Of a stretch of DNA of 49,609 bases, positions 45,766 through 49,609 are shown piece after piece (position 1 is the stretch's first letter; every line of letters starts with the position of its first letter). The notes beneath the pieces were generated by a model. The model did not search any database, had not been told where the DNA came from, and worked only from the letters and a program-made list of their open reading frames with translations. The position numbers were made by a program, and so were the translations under genes. Origin of the DNA: an archaeon (GTDB taxonomy: Archaea > Nanobdellota > Nanobdellia > Pacearchaeales > GW2011-AR1); assembly GCA_018651925.1 (NCBI GenBank), contig JABIDC010000002.1:1-49609 (forward strand). Direction: 5' to 3'.

Positions 45766-46590
45766 TTATTCTTTGTTTCTTAGTTCCATCAATTTTTTTT
45801 CGTCTTCAATCATTCTTTGTTTTATTTTGTCAATTTCTATTTGTTTTGGAGATTTCTCTTTTTGTTCTTTTAATTTTCTAACTTTTTCTTGTAATTCTTT
45901 TAAGTTTTCTTCTGCTTCTTTTAGTTCATCTCCAGTTTTCTTTTTTTCTTCATCTTCTTCTTTTTTCTTGTCGCTTAGCTTAGTAATCTTTATTTCATTT
46001 CCTTTTTTGGATTTCTTTTTCTTTTTCTTCTTTACAAAAAATGTTCCCCCAATTCCTAAGATAATTGCAATGGCCACAATCCAAGTAAGGGAGTTTGAAA
46101 TAAGATTCTCTGAAATTGCGAATCCAGTAATAGATGAATTTTGTTCTTCGTTTGAAACATTTGAGATAATTTCTGTTTCATTTAATTCTATAATTGTTTC
46201 ATTTTCGGGAATATCTGTTATGTTAAGCTTTTCAGGGTTTTGTAATGCGGGAATTCCTTCTGGAAGCAGTTCGATATAAATTGGTTTTCCTGCAATTTGT
46301 TCTTTTAAGATTTTTGCAGGCATAATCATTTTGTCGTTTTTATGTGCAGTAGCCATTATTTTGTAATATTGTGCACTAGAAGAGAAGATGATTTCCACAT
46401 CCCCGTATTTATCTGCTTGTTTTGAAACTCGGTCTAATAATTCTGGCTTTGCCATTGTTGAATCAAAGAAGCTTACTTGAACTTCTGCATTTGCAACGGT
46501 CTTTATTGTAACTTCTATGCTTTCAACAGCATTTACATTTGCCAATAAAATTAGTGCAATCAGAAATCCAAATAGTAATTTACCTCTCAT
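45766..46590 (-). CDS. Single-pass membrane protein (signal peptide, ectodomain, TM, cytoplasmic coiled coil)
   Basis: N-terminal signal, N-glycosylation sequon-rich stalk, TM WIVAIAIILGIGGTFFV followed by poly-Lys. Confidence 0.7.
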   Translation of the reverse strand: MRGKLLFGFLIALILLANVNAVESIEVTIKTVANAEVQVSFFDSTMAKPELLDRVSKQADKYGDVEIIFSSSAQYYKIMATAHKNDKMIMPAKILKEQIAGKPIYIELLPEGIPALQNPEKLNITDIPENETIIELNETEIISNVSNEEQNSSITGFAISENLISNSLTWIVAIAIILGIGGTFFVKKKKKKKSKKGNEIKITKLSDKKKEEDEEKKKTGDELKEAEENLKELQEKVRKLKEQKEKSPKQIEIDKIKQRMIEDEKKLMELRNKE

Positions 46591-46677
46591 CTTAAATTAA
46601 ATATATTTTTTTGCTTTATAAAATTTTTTGTCCGGGAGTTGGATAATGTTTTTAAGGGAATCTGATTAGGATTCTTA

Positions 46678-48540
46678 ATGGAGGAGATATTTGAACAAGA
46701 AAAAGAGTATTTATTTGTATTAAAAGCATTAAATGAGCTCCCTTTCCCTGTTGGACGAAAACTTCTGGGAGATTTCTTAATGGGAGATATGACAAATAAA
46801 TCTATTTTAAAAAATAATTTGTATGATTTACATAATTTTTCTGAATTGAGACATTTGTCTCCTGGGAAAATCGAGGGACTGATTGAGGAATTAAGTAGAA
46901 AAGGATTAATTGAGTATTCAAGTTCAACATACAACAAATTCATTAAAGTTTTAGGAATAACAAGAAAGGGGGAGGATGAATTAATTAATCCTACAATGAA
47001 TGAGAAAAAGATCTCTTCAAATTATGAGGAAGTTGAAACTAAAATTACTTCGGAAGATTTGGAAAAAATTAAAGATTATGATGATTTTCTTGGTAATCTT
47101 AATTTAGAACAAAGAAAAGCCGTAGTGTCAAATCATAATAAAATTCTTTGTATTGCTGGAGCTGGGTCTGGAAAAACAACTGTTTTAACGAAGAGGGTTG
47201 AGTTTTTAGTTAAAGAAAAAAATGTAGCGCCTGAAAAGATTCTTGCAATTACTTTTACCCGGAAGGCGAGAACTGAAATGAAAGAGAGATTAAAGATTTT
47301 GGAAGTGCCAGTAAAGATTGAGACATTTAATTCATTTTGTGAGAAGATTTTAATTCGTAATTCAGATGAAATTTATGGGAGGAAATTTAGGGTCGCAAAT
47401 TATCAAGATAGGCTTTTGGCAATTTCCGAGGCTTTAATGAGTTTAAATGTTAGTTTAGAGGATGCAATTATGGATTATTTTAGTGAATCTCAAAGAAAGA
47501 ATAAATCTGGTTACCAATTGCAAAATATGTTCATGAATGATTGTTTTTCGGTTTTGGAATTTTATAAGGCGACAAGAAAAAAATTAGAAGATTTTTCTAA
47601 AGGAGTTAAGCCTAAGGATTTTTTAAATGCTAAAAGAATTTATGAAATTGTGCAGTTCTTAGAGATTTATATGCGAGAAAAAGGTTTGAGAACATATAGT
47701 GATCAGATTAATGATATTTTAGATTATTTCAAAGGTAAAAAGGAAGTGATTCCAGAATTTACTCATGTGTTAGTTGATGAATATCAGGATGTTAATTCTT
47801 CTCAAGTTGAATTATTAGATTTATTAGATTCGAAGAATTATTTTTTTGTGGGAGATCCTAGACAATCTATTTTTGGATGGAGAGGAAGTCAAGTTAATTA
47901 CATTTTAGATTTAATGAAGAAAGAATCTGTAGAGGTTATTAATTTAAAGAAAAATTATCGAAGTAATTCTCATCTTGTTCAATTGATGAATGAATCAATT
48001 AGAGAATTAAAAATGGGGGATTTGGAATCTAATTTTGAAGGAGTTAAACAAATTAGTCTTTGTAATTTTGGAGATGAAAGAGTTGAATTTGATTTTGTTT
48101 CAAAAAAGATTTTACTTTCAACAGTTCCAAGAAAGGATATTTTTATTTTAGCTAGGACAAATCGTCAATTATCTGAAATTTCTTTGGAGTTGCATAAAAA
48201 AAGAATTCCTCATGTTTTAAGAAATGATGAACATAAATCTGCAGAGGCGAAAGAAGGAGAAGTGACTTTAGCAACAATCCATTCAATTAAAGGTTTGGAA
48301 TCAGAAGAAGTTTATGTTCTTGGATGCACAAAAAATAATTTTCCTTCACGGGCAGTTGAAAATCCAATCATGGAATTAATTAAGATGTATGAATATGACC
48401 AAGAAGAAGAAGAGAGAAGACTTTTCTATGTTGCAATTAGTCGAGCAAAAAATAAACTTATTATGACTTATAGTGGGAAAGATCATACTTATTTTATTAC
48501 CGATAAAATGAAAGAGTTGATTACCGAAGTTAATTATTAG
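46678..48540 (+). CDS. UvrD/Rep-family SF1 helicase with an N-terminal RQC-like winged helix
   Basis: LNLEQRKAV Q-motif, AGAGSGKT, AITFTRKA, LVDEYQD, VGDPRQSIFGWRG, NYRS, TIHSIKGLE, EERRLFYVAISRAK. N-terminus VGRKLLGDFLMG...F..L......I..LI..L...GLI. Confidence 0.9.
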   Translation: MEEIFEQEKEYLFVLKALNELPFPVGRKLLGDFLMGDMTNKSILKNNLYDLHNFSELRHLSPGKIEGLIEELSRKGLIEYSSSTYNKFIKVLGITRKGEDELINPTMNEKKISSNYEEVETKITSEDLEKIKDYDDFLGNLNLEQRKAVVSNHNKILCIAGAGSGKTTVLTKRVEFLVKEKNVAPEKILAITFTRKARTEMKERLKILEVPVKIETFNSFCEKILIRNSDEIYGRKFRVANYQDRLLAISEALMSLNVSLEDAIMDYFSESQRKNKSGYQLQNMFMNDCFSVLEFYKATRKKLEDFSKGVKPKDFLNAKRIYEIVQFLEIYMREKGLRTYSDQINDILDYFKGKKEVIPEFTHVLVDEYQDVNSSQVELLDLLDSKNYFFVGDPRQSIFGWRGSQVNYILDLMKKESVEVINLKKNYRSNSHLVQLMNESIRELKMGDLESNFEGVKQISLCNFGDERVEFDFVSKKILLSTVPRKDIFILARTNRQLSEISLELHKKRIPHVLRNDEHKSAEAKEGEVTLATIHSIKGLESEEVYVLGCTKNNFPSRAVENPIMELIKMYEYDQEEEERRLFYVAISRAKNKLIMTYSGKDHTYFITDKMKELITEVNY

Positions 48541-48618
48541 TATTTTTGTTTTTTCGAACATATTCGTATAAGCTTATATTAGGAATTTTGAGCATTAATT
48601 TGTAAATAGGTGTTATAA

Positions 48619-49609
48619 ATGAATAAATTTTTGATTGTATTCGGATTAGTTTTTTTTAATTTGATTATTGTTTCTGCAACTCCGGTTTTGTTGAGTGATC
48701 AAGGTACAGATATAAAAGTTATTTCTACTGGAAATTTGGTTGATGGAGGGAATCTAACAATTTTAATTTATGAATCTTCTTCTGGAGGTTCTGCAATTTA
48801 TAGTAAAACTTTTGTAAATAATATTACAAATGGTTCTTGGAATGTCATGATTAATCCAGATTTGGAATTTGGAGAATTTTATTGGAAGGATTATGAAATT
48901 AATTCAGATAATTTGAATTTTTCTGGAAATGATCGGTTAAGATTTCAATCTCCTTTGGGATTGATTAATAATGTTAGTCTAATAAATTTTTCATTGATTG
49001 ATTCTTGTGCTGCTGGTAGCTCGATAAGACAAATTAACGAAAATGGTTCTGTGATTTGTGAGACAGATGATTCTGGGGGTGGGGGAAGCCAATGGTCTAT
49101 TGCTGGAAGTAAATATTTGTATAATAATTCTGGAGTTTTAGATGTTAATGAAACGGTTTTGAATGATACGATTGATTTGAGAGCTTCCGGGTTCAATGTT
49201 AATTCTTCTGTTTATTCTAATTCAACAACTTGGTGGTCTTCTGTGTCTTCTTGGTTATCTGGATGGTTTGTGAATAATGGGGGAGTTTTGGAATTTAATG
49301 AAACTAAATTAAATGAAACAATTGATGCAAGGGCAGGAGGAGATAATGAAAGTTGGAATGAGAGTTATGCTGATACTAAATATCTTCAGTCTTATACAGA
49401 AATTGATCCTTTATGGTCTGATAATTTTACAAAATATAATGCAACTTGGTCTTCAACTTACAACTCAACTTATAATTCTTATAATTCATCAGGATTGATA
49501 ATTAATTGGTCTGGAGATTATTTGACTTTGTCAGAATTATTAAATTTCAATTATTATAATTCTACAGATTTTAATATTAGTAATTACCTTTTAATTTCAA
49601 ATTGGAATG
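48619..49609 (+). CDS. Secreted, sequon-rich fibre-like surface protein (3'-partial, missed by the ORF track)
   Basis: Open frame from ATG 48619 to the window end: MNKFLIVFGLVFFNLIIVSA signal peptide, CAAGSSIRQINENGSVICETD, internal repeat NNSGVLDVNETVLNDTIDLRA / NNGGVLEFNETKLNETIDARA. Confidence 0.78.
   Translation, partial: MNKFLIVFGLVFFNLIIVSATPVLLSDQGTDIKVISTGNLVDGGNLTILIYESSSGGSAIYSKTFVNNITNGSWNVMINPDLEFGEFYWKDYEINSDNLNFSGNDRLRFQSPLGLINNVSLINFSLIDSCAAGSSIRQINENGSVICETDDSGGGGSQWSIAGSKYLYNNSGVLDVNETVLNDTIDLRASGFNVNSSVYSNSTTWWSSVSSWLSGWFVNNGGVLEFNETKLNETIDARAGGDNESWNESYADTKYLQSYTEIDPLWSDNFTKYNATWSSTYNSTYNSYNSSGLIINWSGDYLTLSELLNFNYYNSTDFNISNYLLISNWN

Noticed and set aside
45930-46040. A/T-tract as a programmed frameshift or phase-variation site
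   Set aside because: It encodes the poly-Lys stop-transfer segment after a TM in an intact frame.
1974-49498. The many short overlapping or antisense ORFs in the track (e.g. 9486-9719, 13605-13922, 24180-24494, 32849-33178, 45773-46279, 46587-46943, 49313-49498)
   Set aside because: They are shadows of well-supported genes, with Phe/Ile/Ser-rich antisense composition and no motifs.
1-49609. Alternative genetic code or stop-codon recoding
   Set aside because: Conserved genes are full length under the standard code and end with TAA, TAG or TGA.

Overview
AT-rich archaeal chromosome segment. Gene content and style point to a DPANN archaeon, most like Pacearchaeota/Woesearchaeota (inference). 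Evidence: archaeal RFC-L/RFC-S, PheRS, TrpRS, Rpp30, PyrH, eL41, Elp3, ADP-forming acetate-CoA ligase, PEP synthase, class III signal-peptide pilin, CCA-less tRNAs with a BHB-type intron, and TATA boxes 20-25 nt before start codons. Housekeeping genes are interspersed with many secreted or membrane-anchored surface proteins. Three tRNAs lie on the minus strand: Glu-CTC with a 116-nt intron, Gln-CTG and Thr-GGT. Four coding regions missing or incomplete in the ORF track were read directly from the sequence: eL41, a ferredoxin, a 3'-partial fibre-like protein and the 5' extension of the first ORF. The most unusual observations are: (1) two tRNA genes each carry a 14-bp direct duplication of their 5' end around a short structured insert, with the TATA box in front of the outer copy; (2) an orphan, exported or membrane-tethered, circularly permuted PAAR spike-tip protein sits next to tRNA-Thr; (3) a juxtamembrane [FIL]TGxA[IV] motif recurs in four unrelated surface proteins; (4) several odd domain architectures occur (receptor pseudo-cyclase, RQC-UvrD lacking domain 2B, chimeric ThrRS, ATPase-less secretion-ATPase fragment). 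No CRISPR array, integrase or transposase was seen. All family calls are by-eye motif recognition, not database searches.
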